Virus record (IMG/VR): IMGVR_UViG_3300046808_001301
Origin: a virus
Direction: 5' to 3' (one strand)
Length of the DNA stretch: 64,000 nt
Position 1 is the stretch's first letter, and every line of letters begins with the position of its first letter. A model generated the notes under the pieces. It saw only the letters and a program-made list of their open reading frames with translations, ran no database searches and was not told the origin of the DNA. Both the position numbers and the translations under genes were made by a program. This document shows positions 29,692 to 39,562 of this stretch, piece after piece.

Positions 29692-30606
29692 ATGAGCACA
29701 TATAACACCAAATCCATGTTCGAAGCAATCAAACAATCTCTTTCTTCTGATAAGAAGGAAGGCAACGGTAACGGATTGTACAAAGAAATTCTTAAATTTG
29801 AATCCGGGAACACCTATCAAGTTCGCCTTGTTCCTAATCCAAACTCTCCTAAAGAAACTATCTTCCACTATTACAATCACGGGTGGAATTCTAACGCTAC
29901 TGGCAAATACGTAACAGCTCTTTGTCCGACTACTTTTGGAGAAAGCTGTCCTATTGACGCTTACTATCTTAAAACCTATCGTACGGGTACAGAATCTGAA
30001 AAAGAGTCAGCTAAGGTTCTTTCTCGCAAAGAAGGCTGGATGGTTAACGTGTATGTAATTTCAGATCCTTCTAATCCAGAGAACGAAGGCAAGGTTAAGA
30101 TTCTTCGCTATGGCAAAGAACTATCCAAAATTATTGAATCAGCTCTTGAAGGGGATGATGCTCAAGAGTTTGGAGTAGAAAAAGTGTTTGACGTAGTTGA
30201 AGGTTCTACTCTTCGCATTAAATGCGAACCTCGCACTAATAGTAATAGAAATGCTAAACAAATGGTAACCTATTCAGCTTCGAAGTTTCTTTCTCCATCT
30301 AAACTGGACTTGAATGACAAACAAGTAGACGAAATTTATAACTCCTTGCATGATCTTAAGGCAGTTAATAAACAAACTACTTCTGCTGAGATGCAACGTT
30401 TGCTCGACGAACACTTCTTTAATTTGACCGTAGGTTCTGCTCCAGAAGAAGAGGAAAACGATGAATACACTCCAATTAGAAACGAGCAGCCATCAAAAAC
30501 AGTAAAGACAGAAAATACAATTGAGTCTACATTTGAATCTTCAAGCGATGATGAGACAGACGAGTCTACTGACGAAAAACTCAAAAAGCTTCTTGCTGAT
30601 CTCTAA
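29692..30606 (+). CDS. 32: Single-stranded DNA-binding protein gp32
   Basis: VRLVP, HGW, CPTTFGESCPI, NVYVISDPSNPENEGKVKILRYGK and an acidic C-terminal tail. Confidence 0.93.
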   Translation: MSTYNTKSMFEAIKQSLSSDKKEGNGNGLYKEILKFESGNTYQVRLVPNPNSPKETIFHYYNHGWNSNATGKYVTALCPTTFGESCPIDAYYLKTYRTGTESEKESAKVLSRKEGWMVNVYVISDPSNPENEGKVKILRYGKELSKIIESALEGDDAQEFGVEKVFDVVEGSTLRIKCEPRTNSNRNAKQMVTYSASKFLSPSKLDLNDKQVDEIYNSLHDLKAVNKQTTSAEMQRLLDEHFFNLTVGSAPEEEENDEYTPIRNEQPSKTVKTENTIESTFESSSDDETDESTDEKLKKLLADL

Positions 30607-30623
30607 TTTTAGATTTTATACAT

Positions 30624-31271
30624 ATGGAATTAATTAAAAAAGCTAACGGTAATATTGTTCGAACTGCAGAAGAAAAAGCTCAAATGATTGAGCAAGCAGC
30701 TGAATATTATGGAAAATTCTTGACCTCTTTGGGGTTTGATTGGGCTGCAGATCCTCATTCTGCAAACACTCCACGAAGAGTAGCTAAGGCTTGGGTGAAC
30801 GATTTGATCTCTGGATCAATTAGTCCGGAGCCAGAAGTTACAGCGTTCCCGAACGATGAGGGATATACTGGACTAATTTGTCAAACTCGTATTCCAGTAG
30901 TCAGTATGTGTGCCCATCACAATCTAACCTTCCACGGTATGTGTCATGCTGCTTATATTCCAGGCAAGCAAACTACAGACATGGTTATTGGCTTGAGCAA
31001 GCTCAATCGTATTGTGGACTTTTATGCTCGCAGACCCAACATTCAGGAGAGCTTAACAAAGCAAATTCACGATCATATTAATAGCTTGTGTGTAGGTAAC
31101 AGAGGAGTCGCTGTTATTATTGAGAGCCAACATAACTGTGTAAAGTGCCGCGGAATCAAGCACGATAGTGTTATGAAGACGTCCCAGTTGTCAGGCTATT
31201 TTTATACTAACGAAGTTGGTAGCCGAGTAGAGCTATTTAACTTAATCGATCATAGTAGATTTGGGTCATAA
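30624..31271 (+). CDS. folE: GTP cyclohydrolase I FolE
   Basis: TPRRVAK, SMCAHH, GLSKLNRIV, RPNIQE and HNCVKCRG motifs. Confidence 0.95.
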   Translation: MELIKKANGNIVRTAEEKAQMIEQAAEYYGKFLTSLGFDWAADPHSANTPRRVAKAWVNDLISGSISPEPEVTAFPNDEGYTGLICQTRIPVVSMCAHHNLTFHGMCHAAYIPGKQTTDMVIGLSKLNRIVDFYARRPNIQESLTKQIHDHINSLCVGNRGVAVIIESQHNCVKCRGIKHDSVMKTSQLSGYFYTNEVGSRVELFNLIDHSRFGS

Positions 31272-31330
31272 CAATGACCCTTATTGAAAAGATTAAATTT
31301 TTAATAACACGTATATATAATTCTTTTATT

Positions 31331-31762
31331 ATGATTTCTGAAGACAACATTGCAACAGCTCAAATAGCTCAATTGTTTGGGTCTGAACTTCTTAGAGTTC
31401 AAGAAGGAGCCAGGACAGACTCTGGCTCTCAGCCTAACATTCTCAACATCAACCCCAGACAATTTTTAGTCCCTGAACATTCTCATCAACAAAGATCGAT
31501 TAAAGCAGCAGAAGAACAAAGAATGGTAAAGCTTCTTCAACAAGAAGCTGAAGCGGCATATCCAGTAGCTTCCATTGAACAACTTCCTCCTCAACAAACG
31601 TTTCCAACTGTTCCAACCACTGTTTTTCCTCAATCCCCAAATATTTCTATGCCTTCCGATGCTCTTGAAAGAATTGCATCGAGCTTAGAAAGAATTGCTA
31701 TTCGTCTTGAAGGTGTGGACCTTTCTGTAAAAAAGCGTAAGGTTAGGCGTCCTACTAAATGA
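31331..31762 (+). CDS. Hypothetical protein
   Basis: Likely start MISED; overlaps the gp45 start by 4 nt. Confidence 0.6.
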   Translation: MISEDNIATAQIAQLFGSELLRVQEGARTDSGSQPNILNINPRQFLVPEHSHQQRSIKAAEEQRMVKLLQQEAEAAYPVASIEQLPPQQTFPTVPTTVFPQSPNISMPSDALERIASSLERIAIRLEGVDLSVKKRKVRRPTK

Positions 31763-32487
31763 ACATCACATTAAACAAAACGAACTTTGTTAACAACATA
31801 CTTACTCCTGCTTCTAAGTTAGCAGATAATTTATCTTTAGATTTTGTAAGCAATTCTAGCAATTCCATTACAAAAACTCTAGTTTCTTCCTCTGATAACT
31901 CCGTTATTTTTTTAGGAGAAGCAAATTGCAAATTTTCTGAGCCTTTTAAGTGTGTCGTGCCAGACTGTAAGACGTTTCTTCGTTTGTTCTCTAGTATCCA
32001 ACAGGATGAAGCGACCCTACAAATTACGTCAAACACTATTGTGTACAAGGACGATTCTTTTTCATTCAAGTATCATTTGCTAGATGAAGGATATATGGTG
32101 GAAAAGAAGTCAATCAGCGAAGAAAAATTAAAACAGCTTGAGTACGATACCACATTTACTATAGGCAAATTAGTTTTATCGGAAGCATTAAGATACAATT
32201 CCATTATTCCCGATGCAGAAAAGTTCTATTTGTACACAACTGATTCCAAGGTGTTTGCTAAGTTAGGAGACGAGCAAAAAAGCAACACAAATGAAATTGT
32301 GACGGAATTATGCAAGAGCTACAGTGGAGCTGAGTTAGCTAGCTCAATACCAATCAACATACAAAACTTGCATTTGATGGCGTTTGTTGCTGATAACACA
32401 ATTGACATTAGCGTTAATTCGAGACTTAAAATAGTAAAGTTTGCTACTTCTAATATCCAGTACATTGTTTCTGGACTTGTTAAATAA
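31759..32487 (+). CDS. 45: DNA polymerase sliding clamp (gp45-like)
   Basis: 242 aa two-domain alpha/beta pattern, D.KTFLRLFS...FKYHL; PCNA/gp45-like size. Confidence 0.7.
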   Translation: MNITLNKTNFVNNILTPASKLADNLSLDFVSNSSNSITKTLVSSSDNSVIFLGEANCKFSEPFKCVVPDCKTFLRLFSSIQQDEATLQITSNTIVYKDDSFSFKYHLLDEGYMVEKKSISEEKLKQLEYDTTFTIGKLVLSEALRYNSIIPDAEKFYLYTTDSKVFAKLGDEQKSNTNEIVTELCKSYSGAELASSIPINIQNLHLMAFVADNTIDISVNSRLKIVKFATSNIQYIVSGLVK

Positions 32488-32506
32488 ACTAAGCTAAATA
32501 GCTAGC

Positions 32507-32854
32507 ATGGCTAATAAACTAACCACGCTAGGATATACATTAAAACGCTTACGCGATTCTGGATATATTGCTGATAAAATATTTGAAGATTATTCTATTG
32601 GAGATCCACGGTCGTGGACGATTATAATAGAACCAGGCAAGTCCTCTGTATTTTTTACTTGTTATGTAAACGATCCCTATATCGGTGAAACGTTTTTCGA
32701 AATCTATGATGGCAATCAGTTTGTGCCAGGAAGGTTAAAACTTCAAACTAGCTCATTTGAAGTAATTGTAGAACATTTAATTAAGTACGGAATAGAAGGC
32801 AGTGCAAGCAAAACTAAACTGTCTCAACAACCTGTTGTCGATCTTATTAGCTAA
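32507..32854 (+). CDS. Hypothetical protein
   Basis: TAAATA 6 nt upstream. Confidence 0.65.
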   Translation: MANKLTTLGYTLKRLRDSGYIADKIFEDYSIGDPRSWTIIIEPGKSSVFFTCYVNDPYIGETFFEIYDGNQFVPGRLKLQTSSFEVIVEHLIKYGIEGSASKTKLSQQPVVDLIS

Positions 32855-32855
32855 T

Positions 32856-33215
32856 ATGGAGCCGTCGAATAAAAGCAAAAAACCCAAAAAGCATGTAGCC
32901 TCAAAAGCACAAGAGAGCCCTGCAGTGGACGACGGAATTCCGAAAGCGGAAAAAATTAACATCGATAATTTAATATCCCAAGCCTTTACTAGACACAAGC
33001 TTGAAAAGTTAGTTAATGAAAAGAAAGAAAAATTTAAAGAAATTACTCACTTAGCTTCAATAGTTGAAGAGTATTTGAGTTGTTTTTCACTAATTGGATA
33101 CACTCTTCAAGGAGAAAAGGTCTGCATTTTTAATGCAGTAAATTCTAAAGACGAAGCAGCTTTAGTGGATCTGTTAAGATCTACGTTTTTGGAAATAGCC
33201 AATAATCGACCTTAA
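32856..33215 (+). CDS. Hypothetical protein
   Basis: Likely start MEPSN, right after the previous stop. Confidence 0.6.
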   Translation: MEPSNKSKKPKKHVASKAQESPAVDDGIPKAEKINIDNLISQAFTRHKLEKLVNEKKEKFKEITHLASIVEEYLSCFSLIGYTLQGEKVCIFNAVNSKDEAALVDLLRSTFLEIANNRP

Positions 33216-33225
33216 TTAAATTCTC

Positions 33226-35247
33226 ATGAGCGAGGACATAGTCAAAAAGGGCGGCCGCCCTAAAGGCTCTAAAAACAAACCAAAAAGAGGCCGTCCAAAA
33301 AAAGAAAAAGAAAAAAACCCAGTCGGCCGACCTAAAAAACAGGTATCTGATACAGACGGTTTGCATACAATTAGAACATTTGCTCCTAAAGAAGAGACCT
33401 CAACGATAGCTCCGTCTTCAGAAAACGAAATGTTGGATTCTTTATTAGACGACGACTTATTAAATGAATCCCTTGCTCAAAAACAAATTAACCAAAACCC
33501 GTTAGATGATTCATATTACTATCGTGGTTCTAAAAATATCCCAGTTGCTGGAGCTCAATATGAATTTACAGCAGATATGGTCAAAGAGCTGCAAAAATGT
33601 AAAGAAGATATTACATATTTTGCCGAAAACTTTTTTTACATCGTTAATCTTAATACTGGCAAACAAAAGATAGAGCTCTATGATGCTCAAAGAAAGGTAT
33701 TACAATCTTTAGTAGACAATCGATTTGTAGCGTTACTAAGTTGCCGTCAGTCAGGCAAAAGTACGTTGCTTACTATTTTTGCGTTATGGATGGTGTGCTT
33801 TAATGAAGACTATAGAATAGCAATTGTTGCTAATAAAGAAACCACTGCTATTAACATTTTTAAACGAGTAAGAATGGCGTACGAGCAACTTCCAAATTAC
33901 ATTAAACCTGGAGTAAAAGACTACGGAAAAACAGGAATGACTCTTGGAAATGATTCGAGCATTGTGGTATCTACTACAACAGCAACATCAATTAGAGGTG
34001 ACTCTCTGAATTGCGTATGTTTGGACGAAGCTGCTTTTATTGAACCTCATTTGATTAACGAATTTTGGGCGTCTGTTATACCATCTATATCTTCAGGAAA
34101 GAATTCAAAAGTATTAATGGTTTCTACGCCAAACGGAGTTGGTAATAAATTTTATGAAATGTTTTCCGGAGCTGAAAACGGTAGCCTCAAGCAATGGAAA
34201 TCAGAAAGAGTAGACTGGTGGCATGTTCCTGGCAGAGACGAAGAATGGAAGCAAACTCAAATTGAATTGCTTGGCTCGGAAGAAAAGTTTTTACAAGAAT
34301 ACGGTAATACTTTTTTAGATGATGCCTCAACTGCAGTCGGAGCTTTAGTAATAGAAAGATTCAAGCAAAACAAAAAGCCTCCTATTTGGACGTCAGAAGA
34401 CGGAGAATATATAGTATTCGAATATCCAGATAAAGACAAACTTTATGTAATTGGGGTAGACGTCGGTGAAGGCATTGGCAGAGCATCATCTGTAGCACAA
34501 GTTTTAGATGTAACAGACTTGCAGAATATACAGCAAGTTGCTGTATACGGTTCTACCGTCATTGAGCCCTATCACTTTGCAAACAAATTAAGCATTATTG
34601 GTCAATCTTGGGGTTTGCCTCCGATGCTCATAGAAAGAAACAATTGCGGAGCTCAAGTAATTGACGCTTTATATTACAAGCACAATTACGAAAAAATAGC
34701 AAGTTATACAAAAATATCAGAACAAGACAAATACAATAAAACTAGAAATTTAGGAGTATTGTCTCATACGAATATTAGGTTTGATGGCATACAAAACATG
34801 AGGTACTGGATTAATCACCTACAGTGTGTGCACATCAACGACACTCAAACAATAACTGAGTTTGAAACGTTTGTTAGACAACCAAATGGTTTTTACAGAA
34901 AAAGAAATGATAATTTTTTTGACGACAGAGTAATGGCATTGGTGTGGGCAATGTTTATTTTAGAACCAGAACTTTGTGAGCAATATTTTACCATAGAAGA
35001 TTATGATTTGCAGCATAAACCGTTAAGGATTAAACCAAACGGATATTGGGAAAATTTTTCTGAATATTATAACTTAAGAGAATTGAACAAACTCGCGACA
35101 ATTGTCCCAAATTTTGGAACAAACGTTGAAACAAAACATTTCGAAACTATTGGAGAAGGAATTACTAGCACAGAAGCGGAACAGACCAATAAGTATGATT
35201 TAGATATCGAGTCTTTATACGAGCTCGGGTACGAAATTTATACTTAA
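33226..35247 (+). CDS. 17: Terminase large subunit gp17 with N-terminal AT-hook extension
   Basis: LYDAQ, RQSGKST, LDEAAF, STPNG, FLQEY, GVDVGEG, IERNN and DDRVMA motifs. Confidence 0.95.
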   Translation: MSEDIVKKGGRPKGSKNKPKRGRPKKEKEKNPVGRPKKQVSDTDGLHTIRTFAPKEETSTIAPSSENEMLDSLLDDDLLNESLAQKQINQNPLDDSYYYRGSKNIPVAGAQYEFTADMVKELQKCKEDITYFAENFFYIVNLNTGKQKIELYDAQRKVLQSLVDNRFVALLSCRQSGKSTLLTIFALWMVCFNEDYRIAIVANKETTAINIFKRVRMAYEQLPNYIKPGVKDYGKTGMTLGNDSSIVVSTTTATSIRGDSLNCVCLDEAAFIEPHLINEFWASVIPSISSGKNSKVLMVSTPNGVGNKFYEMFSGAENGSLKQWKSERVDWWHVPGRDEEWKQTQIELLGSEEKFLQEYGNTFLDDASTAVGALVIERFKQNKKPPIWTSEDGEYIVFEYPDKDKLYVIGVDVGEGIGRASSVAQVLDVTDLQNIQQVAVYGSTVIEPYHFANKLSIIGQSWGLPPMLIERNNCGAQVIDALYYKHNYEKIASYTKISEQDKYNKTRNLGVLSHTNIRFDGIQNMRYWINHLQCVHINDTQTITEFETFVRQPNGFYRKRNDNFFDDRVMALVWAMFILEPELCEQYFTIEDYDLQHKPLRIKPNGYWENFSEYYNLRELNKLATIVPNFGTNVETKHFETIGEGITSTEAEQTNKYDLDIESLYELGYEIYT

Positions 35248-35248
35248 A

Positions 35249-35866
35249 ATGTCCGACATAACTTGCGTAAACCCCACTGAACAATCTGGATTAAACAAAT
35301 TATCAAAAGATAAATTTGTTTTAGTCTTAGCTCTGCCAAAAGCTTTAAAAAAATTAGCAGTAACTGACGAGGCTTTAGGAAAATTAGATCCTTTACAAAT
35401 TAGTGTATTTGGATCTGTAGTTCCAGACGTATCAGTACCATCAATAGCTGTCCCATATGGGGGCCAAGTACCAAACTATTCAAGTCATACAAGACCAAAC
35501 TATTCGCCGTTAACGGTAAATTTTGCTGTAGACAACAGTTATACAAATTATTACATTTTATGGAAATGGCTTTCTGTATTAAACGGCTCGATAACGAGTT
35601 TGTATGAAGGTCCGGACGAAAGATATATTACAAAAGACGACATTATTGAGACAGGACAACTAAATGATTATCAGTCTAATTTTTCAATATTAGCATTAAA
35701 CGAATACAATGAAGCTGTAACGGAATTTAAATATTTTAACGCATTTATTACATCGTTAAAAGGAATTACCTATTCATACAAAGATTCGGAAATGATGGAA
35801 ACTTCTGCAGAATTTCAATATAGTCAGTTTACCATGGAGAGACTCAAAAGGCCGTTCGCAGTATAG
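35249..35866 (+). CDS. 3: Tail completion / tube terminator gp3-like
   Basis: VPDVSVP...YSPLTVNFAVD..YTNY..LWKWL...F.YFNAFITSL..ITY pattern of the gp3/gp19 fold. Confidence 0.7.
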   Translation: MSDITCVNPTEQSGLNKLSKDKFVLVLALPKALKKLAVTDEALGKLDPLQISVFGSVVPDVSVPSIAVPYGGQVPNYSSHTRPNYSPLTVNFAVDNSYTNYYILWKWLSVLNGSITSLYEGPDERYITKDDIIETGQLNDYQSNFSILALNEYNEAVTEFKYFNAFITSLKGITYSYKDSEMMETSAEFQYSQFTMERLKRPFAV

Positions 35867-35935
35867 TATTATTCCAAATATATATTTCAACAGCAACTCA
35901 AAAAAAATACCTAATTTACAATAAGTAAATTATAT

Positions 35936-38185
35936 ATGCGAACAATAAACTCACCAGGTGTACAAATTACGGAAAAAGATTTGTCATTAAGACTTAACTC
36001 TCCAGTTGGAACGAATATTCTCGTTCCGGGGTTTGCTGCTCAAGGTCCTGTAAATGAGCCAATTCTCATTACTTCGACTAGCGAACTTGAAGGAATCTAC
36101 GGAACTCCGACCAACGCAGCAGAGCGTTATTTTTATTATTCCTGTAAAGAAGTATTAAACTCTCCTGGTGTGTTAACTACTGTAAGGTTGCCTTATGGTC
36201 CAGATAACGGAGTGGCTTTCTCAAAAAATTACAGCGCTTTGTTTTACCCAATGGCATACGGTTATAATGACACTTTAAGTGCCATGGAATGGAGAGTAGG
36301 AGCACCAATGCACAAGACATTGGGCCACGATGAATACGTTGCTCTTTTACACGGAGATTTCGAATGGAAAGGCACATCAAACGGAGCAGCTGGAGACGAA
36401 GATGGCATTATTGAAATTGGTACTCCTGATGGGTTTCCTGTTGCTGACGTCAATGAAGAAACAGGAGAGATAACACTTGACTACTCAGTAACAGCTGGAT
36501 TTGTAGTATTAAATGATTTGCAAACAGTCATTAACGAAAGTAGCGAGGGATACTATGTTGGTTTTGCTGACAATTCTTCTGTATACACAGAAAATACATT
36601 CGGATCCCTTGCTTCTCCAAATTTTGATTCAATCAAGACAATTCAAACATTAATTTCAGCTGACACTTTAGCTGAATTAAACGACGAAAAATATGATTTT
36701 GCTGTCGAGTCTACTAAAGAGCAAAGCGAACAAGGAGTACATTCTGTATCAGAATTGCTCGAAAAGGTTGGTTTCAAAGCTTTTGAAACAGCAGCCTATC
36801 AAGATTATCTTTCCTTTGGAGTTTTCCGTGTTAGACGTTCAACATCAGATCCTTCGCAATTAACATTAGGGACTGTTGAAAAATATCTTGGTTCGTTTGA
36901 TTTTAACAGAAAGGCTATCAGTCCAACTGGCGGAACTCCTATTAATGCTTACATTGAAGAGGCAATTAACGACAAATCTCCGACAGTTAAAGTAATTGTT
37001 AACCCCGAAATTTCAAAAGTATTTGATTGGACAGCAAATGACTCAACTCTCCCAACATGCCGTATTACTGTAGACGAAGAAGCTAAAAAGTTGTTCCCAC
37101 TTGGCACTTATGCACCTGATACAAGAGCAGTTGAGAGCACAAAAGTTATTGGCAATGTGCCAACCAAACTTGAAAGATCTCTTCGCTTATCAGAAAGCGT
37201 GGAAAACAACACAGTCGACGTGGTAATCGATGGCGGACTTTCGACCGTATTTGCAGCAACTTATGGCATGGGTCCACAAGTTGCTGGAGATCGCACATCT
37301 GTTCCTGGCTATGACGATGAAAAATTCGTTAGCTTAATCGGAGAAAAGCTAGAGTACGCTCAAGAATCGTGGATGTCTATTGCAATTCCTCTTATTAATT
37401 TTGCAGAAACTACTCGTAAAGACTGCATGGCAATTATCGATCCTCCTCGTTTCTTGTTCATAAGAGGCAAGGACACGAAGGTTATTGAACAAGCAAATTC
37501 TAACTTCACACAAGACATTTACGAGCCTCTCAAAAAGATGGCAGCAATTGATTCAAATTACTGCGCAATGTATGCCAACTGGGTTAAGATATTTGATGGA
37601 TTCTCCGGACGTAAGTTCTGGTGTCCGTTTTCAGGATATGCTGCATCAATTTACGCTAAGAACGACGCTGTTGCTCAACCTTGGTCTGCTCCAGCTGGAT
37701 TGAACAGAGGAACTTTCAACGTACTTGACATTGCTATTAATCCAAACTTAAAGCAAAGAGACAAGTTTTATGAACTCTCAGTAAATCCTGTAGTGTTCTT
37801 TACCGGAGACGGCTACGTGGTAATGGGCCAAAAAACCCTTCAAGTCAAGCCAACAGCTTTCGACCGCGTCAACGTTCGTAGGTTGTTCTTAACACTCGAA
37901 AGAGCTGTTTCAAGAACTCTCAAATACTTCGTATTCGAACCAAACACAGAATTTACGAGAACAAGAATTGTCAACACAATTACTCCAATTTTCGAATTCG
38001 CTAAAAACACCCAAGGTTTGTATGACTATCTAATTGTAGCTGACTCGAGAAACAACACTCCAGACACAATTGATAATAATGAATTGATTGTAGATATCTA
38101 CATCAAGCCAGTTCGCACTGCTGAATTTATCTTGGTCAACTTCATTGCAACCCGCACAGGTCAAAACTTTGCAGAATTAATCTAA
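35936..38185 (+). CDS. 18: Contractile tail sheath protein gp18
   Basis: SPGVQITEKD, PWSAPAGLNRG, GQKTLQ...AFDRVNVRRLF, FEPN and KPVRTAEFI motifs. Confidence 0.96.
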   Translation: MRTINSPGVQITEKDLSLRLNSPVGTNILVPGFAAQGPVNEPILITSTSELEGIYGTPTNAAERYFYYSCKEVLNSPGVLTTVRLPYGPDNGVAFSKNYSALFYPMAYGYNDTLSAMEWRVGAPMHKTLGHDEYVALLHGDFEWKGTSNGAAGDEDGIIEIGTPDGFPVADVNEETGEITLDYSVTAGFVVLNDLQTVINESSEGYYVGFADNSSVYTENTFGSLASPNFDSIKTIQTLISADTLAELNDEKYDFAVESTKEQSEQGVHSVSELLEKVGFKAFETAAYQDYLSFGVFRVRRSTSDPSQLTLGTVEKYLGSFDFNRKAISPTGGTPINAYIEEAINDKSPTVKVIVNPEISKVFDWTANDSTLPTCRITVDEEAKKLFPLGTYAPDTRAVESTKVIGNVPTKLERSLRLSESVENNTVDVVIDGGLSTVFAATYGMGPQVAGDRTSVPGYDDEKFVSLIGEKLEYAQESWMSIAIPLINFAETTRKDCMAIIDPPRFLFIRGKDTKVIEQANSNFTQDIYEPLKKMAAIDSNYCAMYANWVKIFDGFSGRKFWCPFSGYAASIYAKNDAVAQPWSAPAGLNRGTFNVLDIAINPNLKQRDKFYELSVNPVVFFTGDGYVVMGQKTLQVKPTAFDRVNVRRLFLTLERAVSRTLKYFVFEPNTEFTRTRIVNTITPIFEFAKNTQGLYDYLIVADSRNNTPDTIDNNELIVDIYIKPVRTAEFILVNFIATRTGQNFAELI

Positions 38186-38198
38186 TAAATATAATCAT

Positions 38199-38783
38199 AT
38201 GGCTACAGACATTCTAGATCAAAACATTGGTACGTTCTATCAAGTCGCACGTGAAAGAGACTTTGCTCGCAAATTTCAATTTCGCGTAACTCAACTTGGT
38301 TTTACTGGACAATTCAATCCTTCGGAGCTCATTTATGCTGAAACAGCAGCTTTGCCCGGAAGACAAATTAACAACATTCAAGTTCCCTATATGGGCATCA
38401 ACTTCAATGTTCCAGGTGTTGCTGCCTATCCCGGCTCAGCTGGTTACAAGATTACATTTAGATGTGATAAAGACTATCACTTAAGAGGCAAGCTTGAGCG
38501 CGAACTCTTCCGTACATTTGATGACGCCACCACAAGTGGTGAGTATTCAATTCCTGGAATGAATTCAGTGCTTTCATTAACTCTTACTAACAAAAAGAAT
38601 ATTGGTGTGCGTACCTACACTCTTTATGGTTGTTACATTCAAGCAATGGACGATGAGATGTTTGACGTAAAAGATACAGGCAACGTTGTTAGCATTAACA
38701 CAACAATTGCATATCAATACTGGAAGGTGACATTAGGCGGATTTTATCCACCAATTACACCTAGAGATAGTATTGGAAACTAA
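38199..38783 (+). CDS. 19: Tail tube protein gp19
   Basis: AALPGR.I....VPYMG...NVPG and YTLYGC...YQYW motifs; follows the sheath gene. Confidence 0.9.
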   Translation: MATDILDQNIGTFYQVARERDFARKFQFRVTQLGFTGQFNPSELIYAETAALPGRQINNIQVPYMGINFNVPGVAAYPGSAGYKITFRCDKDYHLRGKLERELFRTFDDATTSGEYSIPGMNSVLSLTLTNKKNIGVRTYTLYGCYIQAMDDEMFDVKDTGNVVSINTTIAYQYWKVTLGGFYPPITPRDSIGN

Positions 38784-38837
38784 CGTATTCCAAATACAAA
38801 AAAAATTTAAAATTCCCCGAGCTCGTTAGCTCACCCT

Positions 38838-38867
38838 AAACTCCTCCTCACGGAGGAGTTTTTTTTT
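38838..38867 (+). terminator. Intrinsic terminator AAACTCCTCC-TCAC-GGAGGAGTTTTTTTTT
   Basis: Perfect stem plus T-run after the tail tube gene. Confidence 0.88.
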
Positions 38868-38893
38868 GACAATAAAGTTTGTTGCTATACACT
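38866..38893 (+). promoter_or_regulatory. Promoter TTGACA-N16-TACACT overlapping the terminator T-run
   Basis: Starts the accessory/early gene block; ATG at 38903. Confidence 0.65.
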
Positions 38894-38902
38894 TATACGG
38901 CC

Positions 38903-39163
38903 ATGAAATACTTATTTGCTTTGCTCTTTGCTTTATCTACAACAAACGCCAACACATTTAAAGTTACTGGCCAGACAGAATACACTCAACAGCAAACAAA
39001 GTCTCTTATAACGACTATAAACGCTGAATATCGCGTTACAATATACGAACCTGGTCACAAATCTTGGTTGGTGTACATAGGAGGAAAAATAAGTCCTGAC
39101 TATAACGTGTTTGGTAAAGAATTAAAAACAAACGTATTTACGACAATAGGTGTTGATTTTTAA
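38903..39163 (+). CDS. Small exported beta-rich protein, possible outer-membrane protein
   Basis: Signal peptide MKYLFALLFALSTTNA, alternating beta-strands and a C-terminal IGVDF. Confidence 0.6.
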   Translation: MKYLFALLFALSTTNANTFKVTGQTEYTQQQTKSLITTINAEYRVTIYEPGHKSWLVYIGGKISPDYNVFGKELKTNVFTTIGVDF

Positions 39164-39186
39164 AACTAATAATCGATGATATCTTT

Positions 39187-39558
39187 GTGAAAAAGATCAT
39201 TAAACCTCTAGTACGAGAGGAAGCAGTATACTATTCAGACTTTTCAGGTAAATGCTTTGGAGAAACGCCAGCTCCAGTAGAAATATCAATTGCCTTTTCC
39301 TATGGTTCTAAGCACGACGGAACAGAACTCAAGTTGCAACTAGATGACGAAGATGTTAGCCCTCTACTAGAATTAATCAAAAGCTCAGTTTCTGAGGATT
39401 TTAAATCTCATATAAAAAAAATCATAACCGAACAAGAAAAATCTTACGAAGATTCCATGCAAATGAGAGATTGGGATTATTGTGACATAGTTACCAACAC
39501 GCTTTGGTTTTGGAGAGATTTTTTAGGGTTGACTAACGAAGAAGAAGAGGTAGAATAA
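39187..39558 (+). CDS. Hypothetical protein
   Basis: GTG start 6 nt after TTGATT-N16-GATGAT. Confidence 0.65.
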   Translation: MKKIIKPLVREEAVYYSDFSGKCFGETPAPVEISIAFSYGSKHDGTELKLQLDDEDVSPLLELIKSSVSEDFKSHIKKIITEQEKSYEDSMQMRDWDYCDIVTNTLWFWRDFLGLTNEEEEVE

Positions 39559-39562
39559 TCGT

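Noticed and set aside
22108-35247. Inteins or introns in gp43, UvsX, gp41 or gp17
   Set aside because: Motif spacing and lengths are normal, with no intein or homing-endonuclease inserts visible.
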